DNA of 64,000 bases. Source: Rhodothermales bacterium (GTDB taxonomy: Bacteria > Bacteroidota > Rhodothermia > Rhodothermales > Bin80). The position numbers were made by a program, and so were the translations under genes. The notes beneath the pieces were generated by a model. It was not told the origin of the DNA and ran no database searches. It saw only the letters and a list, made by a program, of their open reading frames with translations. The stretch covers positions 1,640,904 through 1,704,903 of the forward strand of contig OZ241874.1 in the NCBI GenBank assembly GCA_965203305.1. Reading direction: 5' to 3'. This document shows, piece after piece, positions 28,034 through 37,379 of this stretch (within the stretch, counting starts at the first letter, position 1; every line of letters begins with the position of its first letter).

Positions 28034-28846
28034 TCACAATTGCTCGCAATTGACAGTTCGTGATTCCTGCAGGGCAGAGTTATAGCTAATCTGGCAGTCT
28101 CCGTCCTGAGTTATGCTGACGCTGGCAGACATCCGAAATACTTCCGAGATCAGGCTATCATTCAGGACGCTTTCCGGTGTGCCAGTTGCTACCAGATGTC
28201 CGTTATGTAGCACAAGGAGGTGATCAGAGAATTTTGCAGCAAGTTCAAGATCATGGAAGACGGAGAGAACAGTTTTCCCCCGATTTACGAGGCTCCTCAT
28301 CAATTCAAGAAATTGATATTGATGGCAAATGTCCAGATGAGTTGTAGGCTCGTCCAGCAGAAGAAGTTCGGCATCTTGCAGAATGGCTTGGGCCAGATAT
28401 GCACGCTGGCGTTCCCCACCACTCATTGACTGGAGGGCGCGTTTGGCAAAGCCTGATAGCCCAACCTGTTCAAGTACTGCTTTCAGTAAAGCACGATCTT
28501 GGGCAGATATATCCTCAAGCAGAGACTTGTGGGGCAATAACCCCAGCAGCCCCAACTCCTCAACAGTAAAGTTAAATGAAAGGGAAGGAGCCTGCCGGAC
28601 AAGAGAAATTTTGCGAGACAGCTTTTTTCTGGGCCATTCGCAAATTTCTGTATCTTCAAGAAGGATGGAACCTGTATACGGCAAGTAACCACAAATGGCA
28701 CGAAGCAGGGTGGTCTTGCCACAACCGTTTGGTCCGACAAGCCCGGTAAACGTACCTGCAAAGAGATTAAACCGGACGGGATGGAGAATGGTAGTATCCA
28801 GAATCTGGACACTCAAATCTCTCGTGACCAGCAGCGGGTTCGCCAT
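28034..28846 (-). CDS. ABC transporter ATP-binding protein (FepC/BtuD-like)
   Basis: Walker A GPNGCGKTT, signature MSGGERQR and Walker B LLLLDEPTTHLD. Start taken at MANPLL. Confidence 0.85.
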   Translation of the reverse strand: MANPLLVTRDLSVQILDTTILHPVRFNLFAGTFTGLVGPNGCGKTTLLRAICGYLPYTGSILLEDTEICEWPRKKLSRKISLVRQAPSLSFNFTVEELGLLGLLPHKSLLEDISAQDRALLKAVLEQVGLSGFAKRALQSMSGGERQRAYLAQAILQDAELLLLDEPTTHLDICHQYQFLELMRSLVNRGKTVLSVFHDLELAAKFSDHLLVLHNGHLVATGTPESVLNDSLISEVFRMSASVSITQDGDCQISYNSALQESRTVNCEQL

Positions 28847-28904
28847 GTTTTCTGAAACATTACCGTCTGACTGTGTAATGGACACGGCTCAGAATTGTGA
28901 CTTG

Positions 28905-29387
28905 ATGAGAATACACAGAATTATGCTGGCGTTAACGATGATCACTGCACTCGGTGCCTGTGATACGGGTGAGGATCAGGACGCGTTTGAGAACCGGGCA
29001 TTCTCGGAACCTGTCGGGTTTACGCAAACCAGCGAAAGCGGAGCAGTGGAACTTCAGGATGAGGATGACTGGAGAGTTTCGCCAGCGTATCATGGACGCA
29101 TTCTCATTGAGCCGGCGTTCCCGAATCCGGTCCCGTCAGGGGGCTCTGTCATGATCCCGGTTCGGATTCGGTTTGCAGATTCCGTTCAGGGAGGCCTGGA
29201 AATCGTAACGTATGATGCGAGCGAAATTCCACGCAGACTGGACAGTATCCCAAATGCCAGTGAGCCTGGCTCCTATGTTTTTCGGTTTATGCCCCGTGTA
29301 TTGGGACTTAGAGGTCTAGTCAGAGTATTCATCATTGACACCCGGGGCAGGCTGGTGTCCTATGGAGATTTGCAGGCAAGCGGATGA
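28905..29387 (+). CDS. Hypothetical lipoprotein
   Basis: MRIHRIMLALTMITALGAC lipobox. No recognisable domain. Confidence 0.5.
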   Translation: MRIHRIMLALTMITALGACDTGEDQDAFENRAFSEPVGFTQTSESGAVELQDEDDWRVSPAYHGRILIEPAFPNPVPSGGSVMIPVRIRFADSVQGGLEIVTYDASEIPRRLDSIPNASEPGSYVFRFMPRVLGLRGLVRVFIIDTRGRLVSYGDLQASG

Positions 29388-30172
29388 CAGAGCTACGGGG
29401 GGATCGGTTGCGCAGATGGGCTGCACTGACGGGAGTGATTTGCATGATCGCTGTTTCCTGCGCAAAAGCACAGTCTGATAGTCCTCTGAGATTTGTGCAA
29501 TGGACCATCGGGGATGTGCTTGCGATCCCACAGGCTACCCTGACACTGAGATCGGGGCTAACATTGGGAGTTGCAGCAGGTAGTGTTCTGGCGGTATCAC
29601 ACTTTGACCGCAGACTTTCGCATGAGGCCGAAAGAATTGCGGATTTTGCCCCCCGGCGTGTCCGCAAGGTATTTCATGAAGCAGGCAATGCGAATGTGAT
29701 TCGTCCCATGGCTGCCATTGTGTTTGCAGGAGCACTAACCAGCGGGAATATTCATTTCCAGGATGCCGCGTTTACTTCTCTGGAATCCGTCATTCTGGCA
29801 AATCTGTTCACGAACGGACTCAAGCTTGTAATCGGACGGGCCAGACCCAATGCCGGGCGTGGTCCCGATTCCTTACAGCCTTTCAGTGGGCAACGATCCT
29901 TTCCTTCGGGACATGCCACAACCGTATTTGCCTTTACAACACCATGGATACTGTACTACCCGGGGATCACCACAGGCGCACTCTTTGTCTTGGGCATAGG
30001 GACCGCAGTTGCCAGAATGGCAGACGATTATCACTGGTTCAGTGATGTTCTGGGAGGTGCACTCGTCGGACTTGGAACAGGATATCTGCTTTCAAAAAGG
30101 CATCAACGACTGGCAGGCAGTGTAAACCTGGGGCTGAGCATGAACAGGATATCCCTCACTTGGTCAATTTAG
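29384..30172 (+). CDS. PAP2 family phosphatase
   Basis: The three PAP2 motifs are present: KLVIGRARP, PSGH and DDYHWFSDVLGG. Confidence 0.8.
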   Translation: MTELRGDRLRRWAALTGVICMIAVSCAKAQSDSPLRFVQWTIGDVLAIPQATLTLRSGLTLGVAAGSVLAVSHFDRRLSHEAERIADFAPRRVRKVFHEAGNANVIRPMAAIVFAGALTSGNIHFQDAAFTSLESVILANLFTNGLKLVIGRARPNAGRGPDSLQPFSGQRSFPSGHATTVFAFTTPWILYYPGITTGALFVLGIGTAVARMADDYHWFSDVLGGALVGLGTGYLLSKRHQRLAGSVNLGLSMNRISLTWSI

Positions 30173-31115
30173 ATGCTCGCAGGATACGGTCCATCAGGGC
30201 ATGCCCAAGTTCTGTTTCTGGAACTTCCTGACAGTAAATTACAGTGATCTCCTTGCGATCACATTCCCGAAAAAATTCGAATAGCTGGTGGCTGTATTCC
30301 TTTACATCTGCGGGGATAAGGCATTTCCCGAATTGTGCCGTTGCAGTAGGTGATGTCAGTCCAATATATCCTGCGCGATTATGAGGTGCGGCATCCTCGG
30401 GTGCTCCCACAATCTGAACTTTTGCGGCGGGGGCATAGTGATGATAGCGCATGCCAGGGCTGCGATCTACATGGCGGGGTACTGGGGAAAGTTCTGGAAT
30501 GACCTTACGCAGTTTTTCGATGCTGACTGCACCCGGTCGAAGGAGGGAGGGCAGGTCATCCGTACAGTCAACAACAGTTGATTCTAGGCCAATCGTTGCT
30601 GGCGGTCCGCACAGAATGCAATTCACACGGTGAATCAGGTCTTCTGATGCAGATTCCCATGTTGTGGCACTGGGGTGTCCACTGAGGTTTGCAGAGGGAG
30701 CAGCGACGGGGAGCTGAACCGCATTCATAAATTCTCTGGCAAGTGGCAAAGCAGGCATCCGGACGGCAACGGTATCTAGGCCTCCAGAAACAATCTTCGG
30801 AAAGGCTGGGTTTCGAGGCAGAATAAGTGTGAGAGGGCCTGGAAAAAAGGCCTCTATAAGCAATCTCGCTGTTGGGGGAGTTTCCTCTGCGACAATAAAA
30901 ACATCCGAGCGTTCCGCAAGGTGGACAATGAGGGGATTGGAATGCGGACGCTGTTTTACAGCGTAGACTAGCTCTACGGCTCTCGGATAGAGAGCACATG
31001 CTCCAACGCCATAGACGGTTTCCGTAGGAAATACCACCACTTTTCCTTCGGATATGAAGCCAGCTGCCACCTCAGGATCCCAGGTGTAGCGTGTGATTAC
31101 CGGTGTTTTCATCAT
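30156..31115 (-). CDS. tsaC: L-threonylcarbamoyladenylate synthase (Sua5/YrdC type)
   Basis: YrdC core VVVFPTETVYGVGA and SANLSGHPSAT, followed by a Sua5-type C-terminal domain. Confidence 0.9.
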   Translation of the reverse strand: MMKTPVITRYTWDPEVAAGFISEGKVVVFPTETVYGVGACALYPRAVELVYAVKQRPHSNPLIVHLAERSDVFIVAEETPPTARLLIEAFFPGPLTLILPRNPAFPKIVSGGLDTVAVRMPALPLAREFMNAVQLPVAAPSANLSGHPSATTWESASEDLIHRVNCILCGPPATIGLESTVVDCTDDLPSLLRPGAVSIEKLRKVIPELSPVPRHVDRSPGMRYHHYAPAAKVQIVGAPEDAAPHNRAGYIGLTSPTATAQFGKCLIPADVKEYSHQLFEFFRECDRKEITVIYCQEVPETELGHALMDRILRASKLTK

Positions 31116-31161
31116 TTCCCTGAAACTATCATCCCCCCTGCCTGGTTTATGCAATCTTGCC

Positions 31162-31234
<73 letters not shown>

Positions 31235-31284
31235 CTGTGAACCATTGCGGCTCCTCATTCGTAGAACGCAGATCTGATTATTCC

Positions 31285-31359
31285 GGTCCGGTAGTTCAGT
31301 TTGGTTAGAACGCTGGCCTGTCACGCCAGAGGCCGCGGGTTCGAGTCCCGTCCGGACCG
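31285..31359 (+). tRNA. tRNA-Asp (GTC)
   Basis: Hand-folded cloverleaf: acceptor GGTCCGG/CCGGACC, anticodon loop CTGTCAC, T-arm GCGGG-TTCGAGT-CCCGT. Confidence 0.9.
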
Positions 31360-31364
31360 CATCT

Positions 31365-31398
31365 GGAGGGTGCTTCTCGTTCGGGAGGCACCCTTTTG
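31365..31398 (+). terminator. Rho-independent terminator after tRNA-Asp
   Basis: Stem AGGGTGC/GCACCCT (31367-73 and 31388-94) followed by TTTTG. Confidence 0.6.
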
Positions 31399-31658
31399 TT
31401 TAGAAGCTCTTGCAAAAATATATTCATGCCTGATCTGATGTGCCCTTAAGTGTTCCCAGAGCAATGTTTCTTCGTTATCTGTGATTTTTGCAAGAGGCTC
31501 TCTAGCATCAAATCATTGCCCCGATTGGACGATTCAGCGGGGCACCCTGATCGCCTCGTGAAGCTTGGCCGGTGAAGCCCCATTACTGTACCATGCCATG
31601 GGTAGGTAACTTCAGACATGGAAAATGACCACGGCACCGGGGCTGCAGTAAAACCAGA

Positions 31659-32477
31659 TCATTCTTCGTGTCCTCTGCGGGTTATTTCCAGGCGGAGTTG
31701 CCGCACCTCTTCGTGAAGTTCCGTTACCTTTCGTTCCAGATCATCTGAATTGTCTGCCACAAGCGTATCCACGAATACCGCATTGGCGATGGATAACCCC
31801 AGAATGCCGCAAACGAATACAGTCACGACAACATGGATGCGTAACCCAAGGATATACTCCTCCGAGGCCCCCCGTTCTGCAAGTATGTCGGGAATCTCGT
31901 GCCACCCCTCAACGGTGAATATCTTCATGAGGGAATACATGGAGTAGAAGGGATTCCCGAAGAACTCTTTCGCCTCGGGAATTCCACCGAACAGCAGGGT
32001 CGCTGTCAGAGAGAGAATCAGATTCAGAAACAGCAGAATCAGGAATATCCCGACCGATGCACGCAATGCCCGAACGACTCCCCGCAAAATCTTAGCTCCA
32101 TCAGGGACGAGGCGAAGTGGTCGAACAAGACGCAGGATCCGTGCCAGCCTCAGGATTGTAATGAGAATTGCATTTTCAGCACCCAGGGGAAAAAGGAGAC
32201 TGAATGCAGCAGGTGTACTCAGGGCTACGATAATGAAGTCAAAGGCGTTCCACGGGTCGGAAAAGTACTTTCTAAAGGATCCCCAATGCCGGATTTTTAT
32301 GAAAATCTCGGCAACAAAGTACCCTAGGAATCCGATATCCAGCCATTGGATGATGTGTCCGGCCCGTTCGTGAATTTCTGGAAAAGCATCCAGAAAAAGA
32401 GCAATGCCGTTGCAGGAAATGATGAACAGGACGATGGGCTCGCGGACAATCAGGGGCAAAACTTTATTTTGATCCAT
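31659..32477 (-). CDS. Voltage-gated ion channel, BacNav/NaChBac-like single six-TM domain
   Basis: S4 with Arg at every third position (RLARILRLVRPLRLV), pore motif FTVEGWHE, and a C-terminal coiled coil (LERKVTELHEEVRQLRLEI). Confidence 0.75.
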   Translation of the reverse strand: MDQNKVLPLIVREPIVLFIISCNGIALFLDAFPEIHERAGHIIQWLDIGFLGYFVAEIFIKIRHWGSFRKYFSDPWNAFDFIIVALSTPAAFSLLFPLGAENAILITILRLARILRLVRPLRLVPDGAKILRGVVRALRASVGIFLILLFLNLILSLTATLLFGGIPEAKEFFGNPFYSMYSLMKIFTVEGWHEIPDILAERGASEEYILGLRIHVVVTVFVCGILGLSIANAVFVDTLVADNSDDLERKVTELHEEVRQLRLEITRRGHEE

Positions 32478-32923
32478 CAGTGTTCAGAAGATTCGGGAGC
32501 AGGCTATCTCTTCCAGATTGGCTCTGGAGAACTTATACGGGACGGTTGCATACCACATCCTGTTAGAGCCAGTTCGGGAGTGGCTGAAAAAGATTTGAAT
32601 TGATCTGGCACTTCTCAAATCTGACGCTCATCCCGTAAGGGTTATACTTTTATGAAGCAGCTGGTACATTGATGAGCCTCTTGCGAAAATCCAGGATGAC
32701 GGAGAAATATCGCTCTGAGAGTGCTTGCTGGTCATTAGGTCAGGTGTGGTGATATTTTTGCTGGAGATTCTTGATCCACGCAACAACAGCACAGGGACGA
32801 AGCAGAATTGGCACTTTTGTGGACAGTAAACTTCCTTGTCATGCTACGAAGTATTTTTCTTTTGGCTATATTTACCCAGCAACACTGAATCTTCACACTC
32901 TAATCACATACCCGAAACGAACC

Positions 32924-34270
32924 ATGCATCAAATGTACAAACTTTTTCTGCCATTTCTGGCAGCTTTCCTTCTTGTGGTGACGTCTGTATCCGCCCAGAC
33001 AACTGGCAATCTGGAAATGGCTACGGTGGACTTCACATGGCAGCCCAGCCAGGATGAGGGGGTTGGGTTTTCCCTGGCCCCTGCAGGTTCCCCCGGGATT
33101 CCTGCCTACGCCCCGGGGATTAGCTCTGGTGCCAGAAGTATTGCCGGCCCAGTGGACTTGGACAATGACGGCAAAATGGAGGTGGTGTTGTCCGATTATT
33201 CGGGGGGAGGGCGCATTCATGTCATTGAAAACATCGGCACAGATATGTGGGAGTTAATTTATTCTTCCTACACATTGAACCCTACCCTTGGAACCAGTAA
33301 TAATGCTCGTGGTGTGGGGGCAGGAAATTTAGATGGAGATGATTTTGGGGAGGTCTATCTCTTCTTGGGGCATGGCTTGGAGGAGACCAGTCCTGCCCGT
33401 GCATTTTTGGGTGGTCCACGTCTTGGTGCCCTGGAAGCGAATGGAGACAACTCATTTGAACTGCTTCCCAGCCTCTGGGATTTTGACGGGGAAGAGAATA
33501 TTCCCGACAGATTCAGAATTGAGCGGATGATGATTGCGGATGCAGACGGAGATGATATTGATGAGTTGCTCTTTGCAAATAATGGGTCAGCCAATCCGTT
33601 TGACAGCTGGTATGTCGTGAGTGCAAACGATCTGAGCGGGCTGGCGACCTGGACGCAAGAGGCAAGATTCACCAGCAGATCTGATTCTGTTGATCAAGTC
33701 AACCGAGGGGGCGGGAGCCCGTATTCCATTGTTCCTGCAGATCTGGATGGGGATGGAACTCATGAGCTTGCGCTGGCGAGTTGGAATAATCTGAACTTCT
33801 CCAATGTGGATGTGACCGGAGCGAACATGTATATGAGTCCATCAGGGGATAATGCTCATTACAAGGCATCTGAAAGAGATGAGGTTCCTCTGTTTGGGTG
33901 TACAGCGGTTGATATGGACATGAATGGAGATGACGAGGTGTACTGCCCGGCGTACTCGTCAGGAGGTCTTGCCATCATCAACTACGAGGAAGGGGAGAAT
34001 CCTCTGGAGATTACTGCGGAGAATGTAGTCTATCCGCTTCTCGAAAATATATCAAGTCTTGGAATTACCTCTGGGGATATTGACGGGGACGGAGCTCCAG
34101 AACTGATTGCGACCGGCCCCAGTTACTCCCCAAGTGACCAAGAGAAGGAGTCTTCTCCGAGATGGGTAACGGTTGTAGACTACAACAACGATCACGAAAA
34201 AGGTGTGGAAGATCCGAGCAGCTACAGAGTACGGCATCTGGAGTTCCCCATGCCAGAACAGATCATGTTT
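32924..34270 (+). pseudogene. FG-GAP/VCBS-repeat T9SS cargo protein, 5' part (split by IS66 insertion)
   Basis: Signal peptide MHQMYKLFLPFLAAFLLVVTSVSAQ and repeated DxDxDG motifs (DLDNDGKMEV, DADGDDIDEL, DLDGDGTHEL, DIDGDGAPEL). The frame continues exactly at 36693 once the IS and one TSD copy are removed. Confidence 0.85.
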
Positions 34271-34528
34271 GTAAGCGTCCGAACAGCCCTGTCTTGCCCC
34301 TGTATTTTGGCATACGCCCCTGTCTAGGGTTGGTGCCTTCCTGCGGCATATTCTGTGAGGGGATCAGGGATTCCGAAGGCAGAGAGGTTCTGTGTGTTCC
34401 CGGGAGTTTCCGTTTGTGATTCTCGTCCCCTGTTCTGTGCGGGTCTGCCGGGTGCGTCCTACTTTTTCTGGCGGGAACCAAGCGATGGTTTTGGATCCCG
34501 TGTCGTTCCCGCGGGGAAGCGGGGGAGG

Positions 34529-36415
34529 CTATGCTGCCTTGGCGAGTGGCACTTGTTGTTCTTTCTGCCGGGTCGCCTTCCAGTGATGAGGCAGCAGCGT
34601 GTGGAGCTCTTCGTCAGGCGTGGTTTCCACGCGCCTCAGGATATCCATCAGCCACTCCTGCGGATGGACTTCATGGAGTTGGCAAGTACTGAGCAGAGAG
34701 TAGATCGTGGCGGCATTGGCGGCGGCCGCATGCGAGCCGGCAAACAGGTAGTTCTTGCGTCCCAGTGCAATGGGACGAACCCGGTTCTCCACGAGATTGT
34801 TGTCAATCTCCACGCGTCCATTGCGGGTGAAGCCGCTCAGGCGATCCCATAGCTTCAGGGTGTAGCGCACGGCTCTGAACCAGAAGGTGTCATTGTCCCC
34901 GGTGTGTTCTCGCAGGAGGGCTTCCAGCACCTGCAGGATGGGGACGGACTGCTCCTGGCGCACCCGCACCCGCTCCGCAGCGTCTGCCCCCTGCTCGCGG
35001 AGCTCGTCCTCCACTGCATACAGCTGCTGGATCAGCACCACAGCCTGTTCCGCCTGTGGGGAGTTCTCTCCCTCGGCACGCAGAGCATTCTTGAATTTCC
35101 GCCGGGCATGCGCCCAGCACGCGAACAGTTCAATCCCGTCTATTTTCCCAAACTGATGGTAGACCGCATAGCCGTCGGTCTGCAACTCTCCCCGGAACCC
35201 CTCCAGCATTTCCGTCGGCCCTGCCCGGGAACGCGTCGGCTGATAATCCACCAGGATCAGTCCAGAGATGGGACAGGTATAGAAAAAGTACCAGCCCCTG
35301 TGATAGGTGCCACCGGCCCTGCTTTTCGCCCGATCCTGCACCAGAATGCGGGTTTCGTCTGCCTGAATATAGCCATCTGCCAGCACTTCCATGCGCAGGG
35401 GATGGTTCAGGCGATCCAGCCGGGAGGCCACCAGGTGTACCCAGTCCGTTGCCGTGGATTTGGAAATCTGTACGCCAGATTCCAGATGCAGCTGCTTCAC
35501 GATCCGCTCAATCGGGAGGTGATAGAGATACTTGGAGAGCACCAGATGGGTCAGCAGGCTCTCATCCGCCCGGCACTTGCGCAGTCCGCGGTCGGTGGGC
35601 AACGGCGCCTCGCACAGTTTCGTGCCGTCTTCCCTCGCAAAGACCGGATACAGTTCGCACTTGACATACAACTGTCCCGGTTTGCGAGCCAGCTTTTCTC
35701 TCTCCACATACCCGACGAGTTTGGCATCGGGGGGAAGGTTGTCCGGGGGATCCATGCGGACCGTTTCTACGGGCAGTCCTGCGTTCTTCCAGAATTCTTT
35801 CCCCATATAGACGCGCTTTTTCCCGGTCTTCTTCCGCCTCTCTTTCCGCTCCACCTCGTGCCAAGCGGCAGCAGAGACCTGATCTGGAAACATCTCATAC
35901 TGGCTACGGTCATGCCGCTCGCTTTTCGGTCGATACTTCTGACTTCTCACGAAGGCAAGCTCCTGTTTGAGGGCGCGGATTTCTTTGCGCAAGTCTTGGA
36001 TCTTTTTCTCTTGGGTCTCGCACTTTGCCCGCAGAGTCTTGCTCTCCCGGTCTTGGGTCTCGCACTTTGCTTCCAGGGTCTCAATCTCCCGGTCTCTGGC
36101 TTCGCACTTCGTTCGCAGGGTCTCGCATTCCCGGTCTAGGGTCTCAATCTTCTGGTCTCTGGCTTCGCACTTCGTTCGCAGGGTCTCGCATTCCCGGTCT
36201 AGGGTCTCAATCTTCTGGTCTCTGGCTTCGCACTTCGTTCGCAGGGTCTCGCATTCCCGGTCTAGGGTCTCAATCTTCTGGTCTCTGGCTTCGCACTTCG
36301 TTCGCAGGGTCTCGCACTCGGCGGTCTTCTTCCGAAGAGCTTCCAGAATCTCCTGGGGCGGGGCGTGCTCGGACAGGATGGGAGCGATGCGTTCCATGCT
36401 GGAAATATACAACAT
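34529..36415 (-). CDS. IS66-family transposase (TnpC-like), 628 aa
   Basis: Conserved IS66 features: YIQADETRILV, LQTDGYAVY, CWAHARRKF, GRVEIDNNLVENRVRPIALGRKNYLFAGS. The N-terminus is a coiled coil built from 21-aa tandem repeats. Confidence 0.9.
   Translation of the reverse strand: MLYISSMERIAPILSEHAPPQEILEALRKKTAECETLRTKCEARDQKIETLDRECETLRTKCEARDQKIETLDRECETLRTKCEARDQKIETLDRECETLRTKCEARDREIETLEAKCETQDRESKTLRAKCETQEKKIQDLRKEIRALKQELAFVRSQKYRPKSERHDRSQYEMFPDQVSAAAWHEVERKERRKKTGKKRVYMGKEFWKNAGLPVETVRMDPPDNLPPDAKLVGYVEREKLARKPGQLYVKCELYPVFAREDGTKLCEAPLPTDRGLRKCRADESLLTHLVLSKYLYHLPIERIVKQLHLESGVQISKSTATDWVHLVASRLDRLNHPLRMEVLADGYIQADETRILVQDRAKSRAGGTYHRGWYFFYTCPISGLILVDYQPTRSRAGPTEMLEGFRGELQTDGYAVYHQFGKIDGIELFACWAHARRKFKNALRAEGENSPQAEQAVVLIQQLYAVEDELREQGADAAERVRVRQEQSVPILQVLEALLREHTGDNDTFWFRAVRYTLKLWDRLSGFTRNGRVEIDNNLVENRVRPIALGRKNYLFAGSHAAAANAATIYSLLSTCQLHEVHPQEWLMDILRRVETTPDEELHTLLPHHWKATRQKEQQVPLAKAA
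36028..36325. repeat. 63-bp in-frame tandem repeat inside the IS66 transposase gene (copy A)
   Basis: Unit starts at 36091, 36154, 36217 and 36280, giving three full units plus diverged flanking units. It encodes CETLRTKCEARDQKIETLDRE. Confidence 0.9.
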
Positions 36416-36692
36416 AAAATACTAAAAGTGAAAATTTATGCAACATAAATATAAATACTGTTCCTGAATCCATCCCCACCCAAGATCCCCTTCCAATACA
36501 GCCACTCCAGCTTCCAGGAAAAATCCCCGGCATGGAATCACGAAGAGACAACAGACTGCCAGAAGAACCCGCAGACCGATAACACGACCACCCCTCGGTC
36601 ACAGAGTGGACTCAGGAAGGCACAAATCCACCATACCAGCGTATCCCCCCTGACAGCTTATATGGAGGCTGTTCGGACGGATACTCATGTTT

Positions 36693-37277
36693 GATGCCGT
36701 GAACCGCGACAGTGCGGGGGTGAGAACCTCCCTGCTTCGCGGCGAGCCTGTCTTTGCAGGCCAGTTCGCCTATCTTGGCGACGTGGATGGGGATGGAAAC
36801 AATGAGGTTGCCATGAGTTTCCAGGGGCTTGCGGACAGCGTCTATGTGTACAGCGAAACATGGGATCCTGCGGATTCAACTTGGGCCAAGAGCGATACCA
36901 CATCGCGTCTCCCCAACCCGCATCGGGCCTTCATGCGTGTGATTTCCGGGGATGGTCTCACGACAAGCATTTCGAGTGACAGAGTGATTGTTCCTTCAGA
37001 TTTTGAACTGCATCCAAATTATCCGAATCCGTTCAACCCCTCCACGACCTTCTCTTTCACGCTTCCTCTGGACAAGCGTATCAGTGTAAGAATTTACGAC
37101 ATGACGGGGCGGCTCGTCCGAACTCTCGTCAATGATGAAACGTATGTTCAGGGGACACATTCCGTGACCTGGAACGGAAGGAGTGACGGTGGGACCGCAG
37201 TTGCAAGTGGACAGTATGTCTACACACTGGAATGGGGGCATTTCCGACAGGCGCAGCGCATGGTACTTGTAAAGTAG
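36693..37277 (+). pseudogene. FG-GAP/VCBS-repeat T9SS cargo protein, 3' part with sorting domain
   Basis: Continues the 32924-34270 frame (..PEQIMF|DAVNRDSAG..). The C-terminus (YPNPFNPSTTFSF...GQYVYTL) is a T9SS/FlgD-Ig-like sorting domain. Confidence 0.85.
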
Positions 37278-37379
37278 GTAGGTCATACTTGACCGGATGG
37301 GGGATCTCTCTGCATTTTCCTCCATCCGGTCAGCCCAGGTCTGGCTTGTTTGATCTTCATTCAGCATGGCTTCTGGTAG

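Larger units (their letters stand above)
34271..36684 (-). mobile_element. IS66-family element, single-ORF (ISBst12-like) type, copy A, 2414 bp
   Basis: Ends are GTAAGCGTCCGAACAGCC (34271) and the reverse complement of GTATCCGTCCGAACAGCC (36684). It is flanked by a perfect 8-bp direct repeat TCATGTTT (34263-70 and 36685-92). Confidence 0.9.

Noticed and set aside
27581-28049. Minus-strand ORFs 27581..27847 and 27804..28049
   Set aside because: No motifs, odd composition, and overlap with the more plausible plus-strand 58-aa membrane ORF and the convergent intergenic region.
34904-36139. 411-aa ORF on the plus strand (mirror at 57838..59073 on the minus strand)
   Set aside because: It lies antisense to the IS66 transposase genes, which carry all the conserved family motifs. 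The composition is low in complexity and Pro/Gly/Leu-rich, typical of shadow ORFs in GC-rich coding DNA.
36028-36325. Regular 63-bp repeats as a possible CRISPR array
   Set aside because: The units are contiguous with no spacers. They are in frame within the transposase ORF (21-aa heptad-like coiled-coil units) and are present in both IS copies.
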